A stretch of DNA of 64,000 nt from Paludibacteraceae bacterium (GCA_017479885.1 JAFVBR010000022.1:34555-98554); one strand, 5' to 3'; numbered from the stretch's first letter, positions 18,030 to 28,061 are shown. The notes: a model not told the origin generated them from the sequence alone. Made by a program: numbers and translations.

Positions 18030-19978
18030 TGATTCTCCTCCTTACTCATTTGTTCAACTGTTTTTAAAACTGATATGACTGCCGCCACAGACGGAGCATA
18101 ACTCATACCTCCGTGACCTTTGTATGGCGGGTTGCCGTCGTAAATCTCGTTGAGTGTGCCGATAGTAAGTTCCGACATCTCCACTTCGTATCCTACGAGC
18201 AGACGCTGCATGAAGCCGAGTCCGCTATACTTATATATATTGCTGTATGCACGCGCGTATGCGGCAATGGTGCACGGCCAAACAGGTCCGTTGTGGAAGT
18301 TGTGGTCGCGCTCGTGTTGTCCGCCTATATATACAGGTCGGTAATCGCCGCTCTTGGGTGAGATGGTGCGCAGTCCGCGCGGAGTGAGCAGTTCCTTGGT
18401 GCAGATGTCCACCACTGCCTTCTGCTGCTTGCGGTCAAGCGGGGAGTAGGGCAGTCCTGCCGCCCAAATCTGGTTGGGTCTGACTTCGCGGTTCTGGTAG
18501 GCATCGACCACGTAGTCGTACAGATAGAAGCCGTTCCAGAAAGTATCAACGAAGGCACTCTTGCACAGTTCAGCCTGATATGACATGAGGTCAGAGCGGT
18601 GCTCTTGTCCCAACAGGCGGAGTATGTCGGCAGTGAAGCAAAGAGCATTGTACCACAGAGCATTGATTTCCACTACGTAGCCCGTACGCGGAGTGATAGG
18701 TCTGCCGTTCTCCATGGCATTCATCCAAGTGGCGGGGCGTTGCGTGCCGTCAACCCATACAAGTCCGTTGGAGTGGAGGAACATGCGCGGATGCTTCTGC
18801 TTACGTATGAACTCTATCACGTCGGCACAGAGTTGTCCGTATTTCTCTGCCGCCTCAAGGGGAGTGGTGTAAGCGGCATATTGCTGTATGGCGCGAATGA
18901 ACCAGAGCAGTGCATCGGGTTCGTCCATTCCGCTGAGACGAATGTTGGCGTAGTCGCCATTGAGGAAAGCACGGACTTCGTCAACAGCTGTCTTGTCCAT
19001 GATAGCCTCCCAGTATTCTGGTCGGTCGATTTGCAGAGTGCACGACGGGAGTGAGAAGAACTGTTCGCGGGCAGTGGCTTTGAACCACGGGTAACCTGCC
19101 AGCAGATGGCACTTGTCGCCTTCGCGCTTGTAGAACTGTGCCGCAGAGTTCTTCAGGCAGGCGAACATGTCGGAGCGTGTGATGCGGCGAAGCATCTCTT
19201 TGTCCCATGTCTGCTTCAGTGTGCGCGGATTGACTTCGGTAATACCGGCTGCGAAGATTACCGATTCGCCTTTCTTCATAGGCAGTTCGAACCAACCCGG
19301 CACGAGCAGGTCTTCCTTGTATTCATAGCCGCGCTCCTGTTCTTTCTGATACTCGATGTCTTTGTACCAGTTAGGGTTGTGGGTGTAGGTTACGGCTTTG
19401 GAGAACTGCATGAAGAGTTGCGGAAACTCGGGATACATGCGGTTGACACGACCGTTCTGCACTTCGTCCATATTGCTGTTGGCACGCGGATTCTCGTGCG
19501 TGAGTTCGTTCACGTTGCGGAAAGCAAGGAAAGGCTTGAATCGCAAAGTGGTAGGCGAGTGAGCCTCTACAAGAGTGTAGCGGATGAGCACTCGGGGTTC
19601 GAAACTGACAAGCATGCGCTCCTTTGTGAGGATGACACCGCCCACACGGTAGGTGGTCTTGGAGATGACCTCACAGTCGAACTCGCGGATATACTTGTGT
19701 CCGTTGGGTGAGAACTGGTTCTCGCCGTACTTGTGCAGACCGAGGTTGAACTCGGCTCCATGCTGGATTACCGTCTCATCGAGCGATGAGAGCAGTACAT
19801 AGTTGTCATCGCTCAACTGAGGAAGAGGCAGCACCAGTTGTCCGTGGTACTTGCGCGTGTTGCAGTCCACAAGAGTGGTACTGTTGTAAGCGCCTGCACG
19901 GTTGGTGCGTATCATCTCTTTCGAGAGCGACCGCTCAAGGTTGATGAGTAACGACTTGTCGAAATTTAAATATGACAT
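18026..19978 (-). CDS. glycogen debranching enzyme (amylo-alpha-1,6-glucosidase family)
   Basis: 650 aa. N-terminal GDE_N-like region (AGAYNSTTLVDCNTRKYHG) plus a C-terminal (alpha/alpha)6 region (GPVWPC, GTLNEIYDG). ATGA overlap with the GT4 gene. Confidence 0.8.
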   Translation of the reverse strand: MSYLNFDKSLLINLERSLSKEMIRTNRAGAYNSTTLVDCNTRKYHGQLVLPLPQLSDDNYVLLSSLDETVIQHGAEFNLGLHKYGENQFSPNGHKYIREFDCEVISKTTYRVGGVILTKERMLVSFEPRVLIRYTLVEAHSPTTLRFKPFLAFRNVNELTHENPRANSNMDEVQNGRVNRMYPEFPQLFMQFSKAVTYTHNPNWYKDIEYQKEQERGYEYKEDLLVPGWFELPMKKGESVIFAAGITEVNPRTLKQTWDKEMLRRITRSDMFACLKNSAAQFYKREGDKCHLLAGYPWFKATAREQFFSLPSCTLQIDRPEYWEAIMDKTAVDEVRAFLNGDYANIRLSGMDEPDALLWFIRAIQQYAAYTTPLEAAEKYGQLCADVIEFIRKQKHPRMFLHSNGLVWVDGTQRPATWMNAMENGRPITPRTGYVVEINALWYNALCFTADILRLLGQEHRSDLMSYQAELCKSAFVDTFWNGFYLYDYVVDAYQNREVRPNQIWAAGLPYSPLDRKQQKAVVDICTKELLTPRGLRTISPKSGDYRPVYIGGQHERDHNFHNGPVWPCTIAAYARAYSNIYKYSGLGFMQRLLVGYEVEMSELTIGTLNEIYDGNPPYKGHGGMSYAPSVAAVISVLKTVEQMSKEENQ

Positions 19979-20019
19979 AAATATGATAGTTTGTTTTTTT
20001 AACGGAATAGTTGATTCTA

Positions 20020-20190
20020 TTATAGATTTTCATTGGTGAGTATATTGGTATTGCTGTCTGTTGAAATATCCGATTGAGCAATTTCAACAGGTGGTTCTGC
20101 AATCTCACAATCACAAGGAAGTTCAGGTTCACAACTCCACAACATTAGTGCAGAGAAGAACATTGCGCAAATAATAAAAATATTTTTCAT
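20020..20190 (-). CDS. small Cys-rich lipoprotein (hypothetical), last gene of the island
   Basis: Trimmed to MKNIFIICAMFFSALMLWSCEPELPCDCE. 56 aa. Confidence 0.4.
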   Translation of the reverse strand: MKNIFIICAMFFSALMLWSCEPELPCDCEIAEPPVEIAQSDISTDSNTNILTNENL

Positions 20191-20218
20191 ACAAAATAGT
20201 AATTTGTTGTTTTGTCTT

Positions 20219-21958
20219 TTATTGCTTGATGAATTTTGCTTGCAGTTGTTCGCCGTCAACGGTTAGAGCACGAACAATATACATTCCTGCTGGTAGCGAT
20301 GAAACGTTTATCTCTGTCTCCGTGGTTTGCAAAACGGGTTGACCACTGAGAGAATAGATAGTGATAACAGATATTTCCTTTGAATAATATATATTGAGGA
20401 TGTTGTTAACGGGATTAGGGGTTATTTTTAATAAATTCGACTTATATGTGCTTCTCTTTAACTTTGACATTCTAGGTTGTGGGACATTGTTATTTGAATT
20501 GGTCTCCTCTTCATAAGTTACGCAATGCATATCTTTAATTGTGATGTGAACATCAGATCCAGATTTTAGATGTACTCCATTTGTTAAATGCACAAAATCG
20601 CCAGAATAGATCAATGCCCTCTGACCGGATTCTACCTCTCTGTTTGAGATTATTAATCCTCCACCATTTAGCTCAGCGTGTTCATTCTCCCAAATGATGG
20701 TATCTGCCACTGTTTTTATAGTACAATTAGGTTCCGGACGAATATAGAATAATGCTCCCTGCCAATGATTGTAATTACTATGTATTGTGTCCAATATACC
20801 ATCATGGTCTTTATCGTATATATCAGTTACAGATATGCTATCCAGTGAGAAATAATCATTGTGCATTCCATTCCAGCCGAAATTTATATGAAATCTGCCC
20901 ACCCCATTATATCCATCAACTACAAAGATATGTCCATTAGAATAGAATGAATCAACACCACCATTATATATAACTGGTCTTCCCTCCTGTAGTTCACGAA
21001 TCACTTTATTAGTCCAACCTGAGGTTAGTATTTTTGAGTAATGTTGCATTGTATGAGAATACCCAAAAAACATCAATGCATTATCCAAATAAAACTGGTC
21101 ACTTGTAGATTCATTAGATTTATATTTTGTTTTTAATCTAAAGCCACAATCTCTCATTAATTTTGCAATCATATTAACATGCGGAATAGGTGTAGTGTTG
21201 GTTACGTTCGCTGGCATTATACTCCAATCATATTCACTTAACCTCATATTATTACTTGGCTTCCCATTTTTAGAGATTGTGTCAGGAACCATTGCCGCAT
21301 AAGGAAATTTATAGTACCACATCACTTGAGCCATGGCAACTGCTCCACAACCAACATATGTATGTCCGCAATGACCATCTGCATTATACCATGTAGGGCA
21401 CAATTTGTTATAGTATTTGTCGCAATCATTGACCGAAGCATTTGAGAAACTTTGGTTCCATTTGTTTTCCAACGTTTTTTCTCCTAACAATGGCGCTACA
21501 GCACCTGATGTCCTTGTTAGAAGCGGTTGACGGTTAATTATTCTATTCCAATCTTCATTTACGACATCAATACTATCAGAAGAGTTATGCAAGAAACTCA
21601 TAACATCTTCATAATATGAATACAATTCTAAGGCGGCTGGCGGAATATCATTCCAGTCAGGTTTATTTGCACATTCTACCAGAATAGGAACTGCACGCAA
21701 GTCTGACGAAACGACATAATACTTATCATTCTCGTGAACAAGAAAGAGATTAGCTTTTCCTGCAGGCGAAATCATTGAAACTTTAGTTGTATCAATATTC
21801 TTGCTTTCATTTTCATCATTCCAAGAACTCAAGCTCTGATGTTTCACGGCCAAGACTGCTAATTCCTTTGTGACAGAGTACCTGTTATTTGCAACTAATG
21901 AGCAACAATAACTTAGGGTTATTATCAAACTCAATAATATGTTGTGAAAAATTTTCAT
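20219..21958 (-). CDS. peptidase C10 (streptopain/SpeB-like) with T9SS C-terminal sorting domain
   Basis: Catalytic Cys context VGCGAVAMAQVMWYYKFP, His context SNGHIFVVDGYN, FGWNG. C-terminal roughly 70 aa Por_Secre_tail-like (ITPNPVNNIL...GMYIVRA...FIKQ). Confidence 0.85.
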   Translation of the reverse strand: MKIFHNILLSLIITLSYCCSLVANNRYSVTKELAVLAVKHQSLSSWNDENESKNIDTTKVSMISPAGKANLFLVHENDKYYVVSSDLRAVPILVECANKPDWNDIPPAALELYSYYEDVMSFLHNSSDSIDVVNEDWNRIINRQPLLTRTSGAVAPLLGEKTLENKWNQSFSNASVNDCDKYYNKLCPTWYNADGHCGHTYVGCGAVAMAQVMWYYKFPYAAMVPDTISKNGKPSNNMRLSEYDWSIMPANVTNTTPIPHVNMIAKLMRDCGFRLKTKYKSNESTSDQFYLDNALMFFGYSHTMQHYSKILTSGWTNKVIRELQEGRPVIYNGGVDSFYSNGHIFVVDGYNGVGRFHINFGWNGMHNDYFSLDSISVTDIYDKDHDGILDTIHSNYNHWQGALFYIRPEPNCTIKTVADTIIWENEHAELNGGGLIISNREVESGQRALIYSGDFVHLTNGVHLKSGSDVHITIKDMHCVTYEEETNSNNNVPQPRMSKLKRSTYKSNLLKITPNPVNNILNIYYSKEISVITIYSLSGQPVLQTTETEINVSSLPAGMYIVRALTVDGEQLQAKFIKQ

Positions 21959-22572
21959 AACGTAATTCTCTTGAATATGACTCCCTTGTTGTTCATTTCC
22001 TCTTCAAAATCATCGCTCTCAAGCATGAAAGAAATTATCTCAATATGGTATTTTTGTATAGAGTCACAATATTCTCGATCGATTATAGTAGTTTCATCCT
22101 GAGAACAAGTATAAATGTTAAAAATATTTTCTTCAAAATCTGATAAGCTCTTAGAATATATCCAATAAGCCTTTTCTATTAAGTCATTGCGTGATGGTGT
22201 CTCAGGAGGCCAATTTTGTGGATACTCTGTAAAATCAGACCATGGTAACAAAATAAATCGTCTTTGATCATTTAAGAACCATGTAGGATCCCATTTGTAA
22301 TCAACAAAAACATAATCTTTTGGCAATCCTATATATGGATTTTTCCCTAAAACATCAGATTTACACACTGTAAAGTCGTGGCACATACAAAAGCCAACAC
22401 GATCAATGACAGGTGGCATTATATAATTCTCATACTCATGTTTTTTGAATTTAATTATTGTCCACCACGGAGATTCTGGGGGAGGGGGAGGCATGCCATG
22501 ATCACATTGACAAAACATGAATGACAATAATAGACAGATTAAGACTTTTAATATGATACCACTTGTTTTCAT
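21955..22572 (-). CDS. secreted hypothetical protein translationally coupled to the C10 peptidase
   Basis: Signal peptide/lipobox-like LSFMFCQC, PPPPP linker, 205 aa. ATGA overlap with the C10 start. Confidence 0.6.
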   Translation of the reverse strand: MKTSGIILKVLICLLLSFMFCQCDHGMPPPPPESPWWTIIKFKKHEYENYIMPPVIDRVGFCMCHDFTVCKSDVLGKNPYIGLPKDYVFVDYKWDPTWFLNDQRRFILLPWSDFTEYPQNWPPETPSRNDLIEKAYWIYSKSLSDFEENIFNIYTCSQDETTIIDREYCDSIQKYHIEIISFMLESDDFEEEMNNKGVIFKRITL

Positions 22573-22573
22573 G

Positions 22574-24007
22574 TTATTTGCTTATGAGGCTTTCCAGTTC
22601 TTTTATTATCTCGTCCTGCTGAATAGTGTAAATTGTCAATTCCTCCACTTTCTGCAGAAGTAAGATGACTAATTTATCCAAACTAACACCATTTTCCTGC
22701 ATTTCTTCTGCTGAAGGAATCTCCGGCAGGTGTTTGTATGTATTAATGAAGGCCTTAGTCTCTTGCAGAGAACGCAGATTATAATCACTATCAAATACGA
22801 AATCGGCTCCGGAAGTCGATCTCACGTATATATCATCTGCTACAATATTTGTTGCTTTAATATTTGAAGTGGTAACAGAATCAGTGGCTCTGAGTTTTGT
22901 TGAATGAATATCTGTAGCCAATAAATTCCCGTTCACCTCTAATTTATAATTAGGATTATTTGTTCCTATTCCCACATTACCATTGCTGTTAAGTATTGTA
23001 ACCCATGTTGTTGGTGCAGTTTCATTTATGTTAGTATTGAAAGTCTTGAAATATAAATTTTGGTCTGCTCCGCTTGAGATTTCACCATTGGCAACCATTA
23101 TAGGCTTATAGAAATAGAAACGAGGTAATGAGGTATGAAAATGTGAATACGACCAACCCTGCGCACCAATTGTTGTAGTACCGGCATCTGTTCGTATGGT
23201 CAGTGCTCCTAAAGTGCCGTTTCCCCTGACATAACCATTAATATGCAATGTTTCTTCGGGCTCGTCAGTCCCTATTCCCACGTGACCGTTGTTGTCTATT
23301 GTCAATCGCGTAGTGTTGTCTGTCCTCAGTTCCAGTTGCTCCTGCCCGTAAGGGTTTATCTTTCCTCCCGCGATATACAGAGGTTTGCTGAAGAAGAAAG
23401 CCGGCCGGTCTGTATAAAAATGCGAGTAGTTTGCATTGGCGGCACCAATCTCAGTTGTGCCCTCGGTGGTGCGGATGCGCCAGGAACCGCTCTCTCCGTC
23501 TCCTCGCACAGGACCGTTCACATGCAGTCTCTCCTGCGGCTGAATGCCTACACCCAAATTCGAGTATATCACTTGGTCTGATGTTCCTGTGTTCATATAC
23601 CGATATGAGAGTTTGAACCCGCGATATATCTCTCCGCTGTTGCCGTTAACAGACAAGAGGACAATGCGGAAAACATGATTCGATGTATATGCCTGAACAC
23701 TACCCGTCATCGGCTGGTAGTTATAGTTTAAAACATCATGCTCTGTATGGTTCTCATCTTCGGTATATATATGTAGTGCATCTATTGCACCACCCGGATT
23801 CAAATCTATAATGTATTCAAACTCTACGTAATTATAATCTTCGGGTATGGAAAATTGCCACTCCTTGATTGTACATTTTTCATAGTCATCTCCCCAACAT
23901 TCAATACTGGTGCCGGGGTTGGTAATGACAGGTTGCACAACAGGACATTCTGCAAACAACGACAATGGCAGAACAGCAAACAATATATTCAGTACTGACT
24001 TTTTCAT
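22574..24007 (-). CDS. fibre-like repeat protein (CUB-like N-domain, about 100-aa repeats carrying GxVGIGT motifs, C-terminal coiled coil)
   Basis: Signal peptide. N-domain ends GFKLSYRY. Motifs NLGVGIQPQERLHVNG, GHVGIGTDEPEETLHINGY, GNVGIGTNNPNYKLEVNG. Tail ...HLPEIPSAEEMQENGVSLDKLVILLLQKVEELTIYTI. Confidence 0.7.
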   Translation of the reverse strand: MKKSVLNILFAVLPLSLFAECPVVQPVITNPGTSIECWGDDYEKCTIKEWQFSIPEDYNYVEFEYIIDLNPGGAIDALHIYTEDENHTEHDVLNYNYQPMTGSVQAYTSNHVFRIVLLSVNGNSGEIYRGFKLSYRYMNTGTSDQVIYSNLGVGIQPQERLHVNGPVRGDGESGSWRIRTTEGTTEIGAANANYSHFYTDRPAFFFSKPLYIAGGKINPYGQEQLELRTDNTTRLTIDNNGHVGIGTDEPEETLHINGYVRGNGTLGALTIRTDAGTTTIGAQGWSYSHFHTSLPRFYFYKPIMVANGEISSGADQNLYFKTFNTNINETAPTTWVTILNSNGNVGIGTNNPNYKLEVNGNLLATDIHSTKLRATDSVTTSNIKATNIVADDIYVRSTSGADFVFDSDYNLRSLQETKAFINTYKHLPEIPSAEEMQENGVSLDKLVILLLQKVEELTIYTIQQDEIIKELESLISK

Positions 24008-24384
24008 TGCTTCTGCCCTCCTATTGTCTTGCTACTGATTGCCTCGCGTCTTGTATGTTGTTTTACTTGCATGGTAGCATATTGCTCGTCTGTCAGAATA
24101 TTTCTCATCTGCATGCTGTATTCCTTCCATGCTGCTGCCTTGGCTTCAACAAGTGCCTTGTCATCAGAAGCATATCCCGAATTGGCAGCAACCACAGCTT
24201 CGGCATATCTTGTCGTTGCAGCAGTCAGTCGGGTTGTCTGTTCTGCACTCAGCTGAACATCTGCCGTCACATCCTGCACCATCTCCTGAGCCAAGGTTTG
24301 CGGACTTTTCTGCAAGGAAGAGGTCTGTGCCGTTACAGGAATCATCATCCCCAGCAATGCTGCAATAATAATGGTCTTCTTCAT
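24004..24384 (-). CDS. small secreted LTxxQ-motif protein (Spy/CpxP-like?), full-length copy
   Basis: Signal peptide MKKTIIIAALLGMMIPVTAQ. LSAEQTTRL and LTDEQYATM motifs. 126 aa. ATGA overlap with the fibre gene. Confidence 0.65.
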   Translation of the reverse strand: MKKTIIIAALLGMMIPVTAQTSSLQKSPQTLAQEMVQDVTADVQLSAEQTTRLTAATTRYAEAVVAANSGYASDDKALVEAKAAAWKEYSMQMRNILTDEQYATMQVKQHTRREAISSKTIGGQKQ

Positions 24385-24412
24385 ATTAAATAATATTTTG
24401 TTGTTCTGTTTC

Positions 24413-26434
24413 TTATTGTTTTATGAATTTTGCTTGTAGTTGTTCTCCATCAGTGGTTATTGCACGCACTATATACATTCCTGCAGGTAGCGCAGCAACA
24501 CTAATCTCTGTCTCTGCAGTTTGCAATACAGGTTGACCACTGAGAGAATAAATGATAACCATGGACAATTGCTCTGTTGAATTGATAGTCAAAATGGTAT
24601 TAGCGGGATTTGGAGAAATATAAAACTTCTCATTAGCCTCTATGCTTTTATCATTATCTTGATATGATGCCTTGTCTTCAGAATTAATATTTCGTCTCAT
24701 TAAAGCAGGAGCAGAACTGTTATTTGCTTGCGGTTGTTCTATATAGGCATGGAAAGTACCTCCACGTTCAACGCGAAAACCAGGTTTAAGATGAATCTTG
24801 TCTGTTGCCTTGAAAGTTACATTGCTACCTGATTTTACTACTACATTCCCATAAGGAACTGCATTTGTAACAGAGTAACCTGCAAAAATCTCAGGGTAAT
24901 ACTCTATGATACTTGTGCCACTTTCGTATGTCTTGTTCTGTATATATTGTCGTCGGGCTTCTTTTACTGCTTCATAAGCATTGACCAACCCATACCCTAC
25001 TTCCTCATTCCATGTTCCATCAGAATATGTTGTATTAAATGAATACCTCGTCAATTTGTAAGCGGTCTTTCTAATGATTGAGCGAACTTGCGACCAAGTT
25101 AAATCTGGATTAACAGATAACATCAAAGCTGCTATACCTGCAACAAAAGGGCATGCCATAGATGTACCTGAAGGATTATCATATTGATCATGAATATCTG
25201 TTGTCCATATTAATGTCCCAGGTGCCACAACATCTAATCTTTCACCATAGTTAGAAGTGGTTTTTCTTATTCCAGTTTCATTTATATTGCCTACCGAAAT
25301 TGTATGTATATTAGACGAAGGATAATTAATTGTGTCTTTAGAATCGTTGCCAGATGCGCAGACTACAATGCATCCTTTTTTATCTCTTCCTTTATTAACA
25401 GCCTCTTTTATCACTTTATTTAATATAGTAGTTTGTTCCTCATATGACCAAGAGTTACTTATTACATCAGCATGGGACGTATTGATTGCATATCGAAAAG
25501 CTTTAATATTCCAACTAACTTTTGAATACCAATGATGTTCTCTCTTTTTTTTGTTGAATAGACTATATGCCTTCCTAATCGGAATAATTTTACTATTATA
25601 TGCTACACCAACACAACCAATGTTATTATTTACCGCAGCTATAATACCTGCACAATATGTTCCGTGTCTATCTGCTTTATTTGGGAAAGATGCATCGGCA
25701 TATCCTCCATTTATACCTCCTCTATTCCCATCTGTGCAATCATAACCTGGTAACATGTTATCATATAAATCAACATGGGTTAAATCTACTCCTTCATCAA
25801 TAACCGCTACACGTATGTTTTCACCTGTTGATAAAGTCCACGCTTCTGGAGCATTTACATCAATCATAGGATCAAGAATGTTATTTAATCCCCATTGGTA
25901 TGAATATTTGGGGTTATTAGTTTCATTGGATAATGCTTGCTTTGATATAATCATGTAATCAGGTTCTGCAATTCGACAAAAAGTGGAATCAGATGTTACT
26001 TTATTACAGATGCTGTCTATTTTAGTATAAGATAGATTTCTTACGGATAAAGTAAAACAAGCAGGAGTTCCTATAATCGTATCAATACTTATAATATTAG
26101 ATAGTAAGCCGTAGTGATTTAACAATAGTGATAAGTCATTGACGTCATACAAAATAATCGTATTTTGCATTGCGCATTCTGTATCTTGTTTCTTCCATAC
26201 AGGGGAATAGAAAATAGCATTATTTGTGCATGCAGTGTCATTATTAACATGATATGTTTCACCTATATATGTTTTTAAACCTATTCTATTTATGTAAAGA
26301 CTATCAAAAACATTTAAATCTTTGTTGGTAATGCATAAAGTACTATCTGTCTGCACCCATCCTTCATTATATTGTGCAAACAAATTTATACTTATACTTA
26401 ATATAAGTATTATTAATAGAAAGTGTGATTTCAT
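24413..26434 (-). CDS. subtilisin-like S8 serine peptidase with T9SS C-terminal sorting domain
   Basis: Asp VAVIDEGVD, His HGTYCAGIIAA, Ser GTSMACPFVAGIAALM. C-terminal sorting domain has 40 of its last 46 residues identical to that of the C10 protein (hand count). ATG at 26434 preferred over TTG at 26443. Confidence 0.85.
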   Translation of the reverse strand: MKSHFLLIILILSISINLFAQYNEGWVQTDSTLCITNKDLNVFDSLYINRIGLKTYIGETYHVNNDTACTNNAIFYSPVWKKQDTECAMQNTIILYDVNDLSLLLNHYGLLSNIISIDTIIGTPACFTLSVRNLSYTKIDSICNKVTSDSTFCRIAEPDYMIISKQALSNETNNPKYSYQWGLNNILDPMIDVNAPEAWTLSTGENIRVAVIDEGVDLTHVDLYDNMLPGYDCTDGNRGGINGGYADASFPNKADRHGTYCAGIIAAVNNNIGCVGVAYNSKIIPIRKAYSLFNKKKREHHWYSKVSWNIKAFRYAINTSHADVISNSWSYEEQTTILNKVIKEAVNKGRDKKGCIVVCASGNDSKDTINYPSSNIHTISVGNINETGIRKTTSNYGERLDVVAPGTLIWTTDIHDQYDNPSGTSMACPFVAGIAALMLSVNPDLTWSQVRSIIRKTAYKLTRYSFNTTYSDGTWNEEVGYGLVNAYEAVKEARRQYIQNKTYESGTSIIEYYPEIFAGYSVTNAVPYGNVVVKSGSNVTFKATDKIHLKPGFRVERGGTFHAYIEQPQANNSSAPALMRRNINSEDKASYQDNDKSIEANEKFYISPNPANTILTINSTEQLSMVIIYSLSGQPVLQTAETEISVAALPAGMYIVRAITTDGEQLQAKFIKQ

Positions 26435-26435
26435 A

Positions 26436-27023
26436 TTATTCAACTATTTTAAATGCTATTTCAAATTGAGGTAATTTAATCCAAGTCGTATCTGGTTTAG
26501 TATCGTAATATGAGTTAAAATAATAATCCCCCAAGTTCGGAATAGGACGGTGTCGGTATCTTAACAAATAGTTTCCTGCCTTTATCTTACAATCACTTAT
26601 ACGCCCGAACAGAAACTCTCCTCCTATAGGCAATTCTTTAACATGTGTTGAATCTATTATTATCGCAGGGCTATCCCAACCGGATGGTTGTGACCAGTCT
26701 CTTATTGGTTGAGATGTAAATTGATGAAACTGTATGGACTCATCGATGTAATATTTGAAAGAGTCAGTAGGATTTAGAAATCTTTCTTCTGCACTTAATG
26801 GGATTTCAGAAGAGTCATTTATAATGTCAAAATGTAATATAAAGTTCTCTCTTTCTTTATACGTTGTGGACAATTCTCCTTTTGTCGTTGTCAAATAATA
26901 ATGAAATGATATTCCTTCGTAATTATATACCATAGGATTACCTATATTTTCTCGAACAATAATATTATTATCGCAAGAAACAATACAAAGTATAACAAAT
27001 AAATATAAACTACATTTTTTCAT
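26436..27023 (-). CDS. hypothetical lipoprotein immediately upstream of the S8 peptidase
   Basis: Lipobox IVSC. 195 aa. The stop TAA is 1 nt before the peptidase ATG. Confidence 0.6.
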   Translation of the reverse strand: MKKCSLYLFVILCIVSCDNNIIVRENIGNPMVYNYEGISFHYYLTTTKGELSTTYKERENFILHFDIINDSSEIPLSAEERFLNPTDSFKYYIDESIQFHQFTSQPIRDWSQPSGWDSPAIIIDSTHVKELPIGGEFLFGRISDCKIKAGNYLLRYRHRPIPNLGDYYFNSYYDTKPDTTWIKLPQFEIAFKIVE

Positions 27024-27085
27024 GATATGTAATCTAACTAATCTGAATATTGCTTTAATCTAACAAGAACTATTTAACTGGTGAC

Positions 27086-27883
27086 TTATTTGTTTAAGTT
27101 TTGGATTTTATCTGTCAAATCTTGAATAATTCTATTTTGTTGTTGAATAGTTTCTTCTTGATTTATGGTATATAAAGTTAGTTCTTCTATTTTTTGCAAC
27201 ATCAGTATTACCAGTTCTTTCACGTTTACTCCATTCTGCTGCATATCTTCTGCAGAAGGAATGCCTGGTAAATGTTTGTTGTTTTCTATGAAAATCTTAA
27301 CATTTGATAACGGATGTAAATCATACTCCTCGTCGAAGACAAAATCTGCGCCATTATTTACATTTATAAGTACTTCATTTGCATGTATAGTTCCATTTAC
27401 ATCTAATTTGTATTCAGGATTATCTGTTCCTATACCGACATTCCCCTTATTCATGAACCAACTGTTGCCTGTGGTATGTAAATGAATCTTTTCTTCTTGA
27501 ACGCCGTTAGCTGTAGCACTATACATCCTAAGTCGAGAAAAGAGGGTATCGCCGTTATAACCACCCGGAACCAAGTCAACAGAATTATGTGAATAAACTC
27601 CTCGTGGAGTTCCCAGTACCAAACTATGTCCTTCCCAAAAAAGGTGACTGCGCTTCCAATCTCCATTTGCTCCATGCTCTATAGAATCCGTGTGCAGATA
27701 TACGTCCCCATTCACATCAAGTTTATGTTGTGGATTATCAGTACCGATTCCCACATTCCCGGTTCCGTATTGTATCCTCATGTGCGTAGTGTTGAAGGTC
27801 TGTAGTTGCAGGTCAACACGTTCTATCGAACTTATCACTCCTCCTTGCACTGACAATGGCTTGTTGAAATAAAACTTCGGCAT
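27086..27883 (-). pseudogene. 5'-truncated paralogue of the fibre-like gene (no signal peptide, no CUB-like domain)
   Basis: Begins MPKFYFNKP, equivalent to residue ~290 (LPRFYFYKP) of the 477-aa copy. Retains GNVGIGTDNPQHKLDVNG, GNVGIGTDNPEYKLDVNG and the HLPGIPSAEDMQQNG...IEELTLYTI tail. Confidence 0.7.
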
Positions 27884-28061
27884 ATTTAGTAGTAGCCAAG
27901 GTCAGTCGGGTTGTCTGTTCCGCAGTCAACGGAACATCTGCCGCCACATCCTGCACCATCTCCTGAGCCAAGGTTTGCGGACTCTTCTGCAAGGAAGAGG
28001 TCTGTGCCAAAGCAGGATTCATCATCCCGAGCAATGCTGCAATAATAATGGTCTTCTTCAT
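27813..28061 (-). pseudogene. truncated second copy of the small LTxxQ gene, fused out of frame to the truncated fibre gene
   Basis: 54 of the first 62 residues are identical to the 24004-24384 product, up to ...YAE. It then reads through the fibre sequence in another frame to a TGA. Confidence 0.7.
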
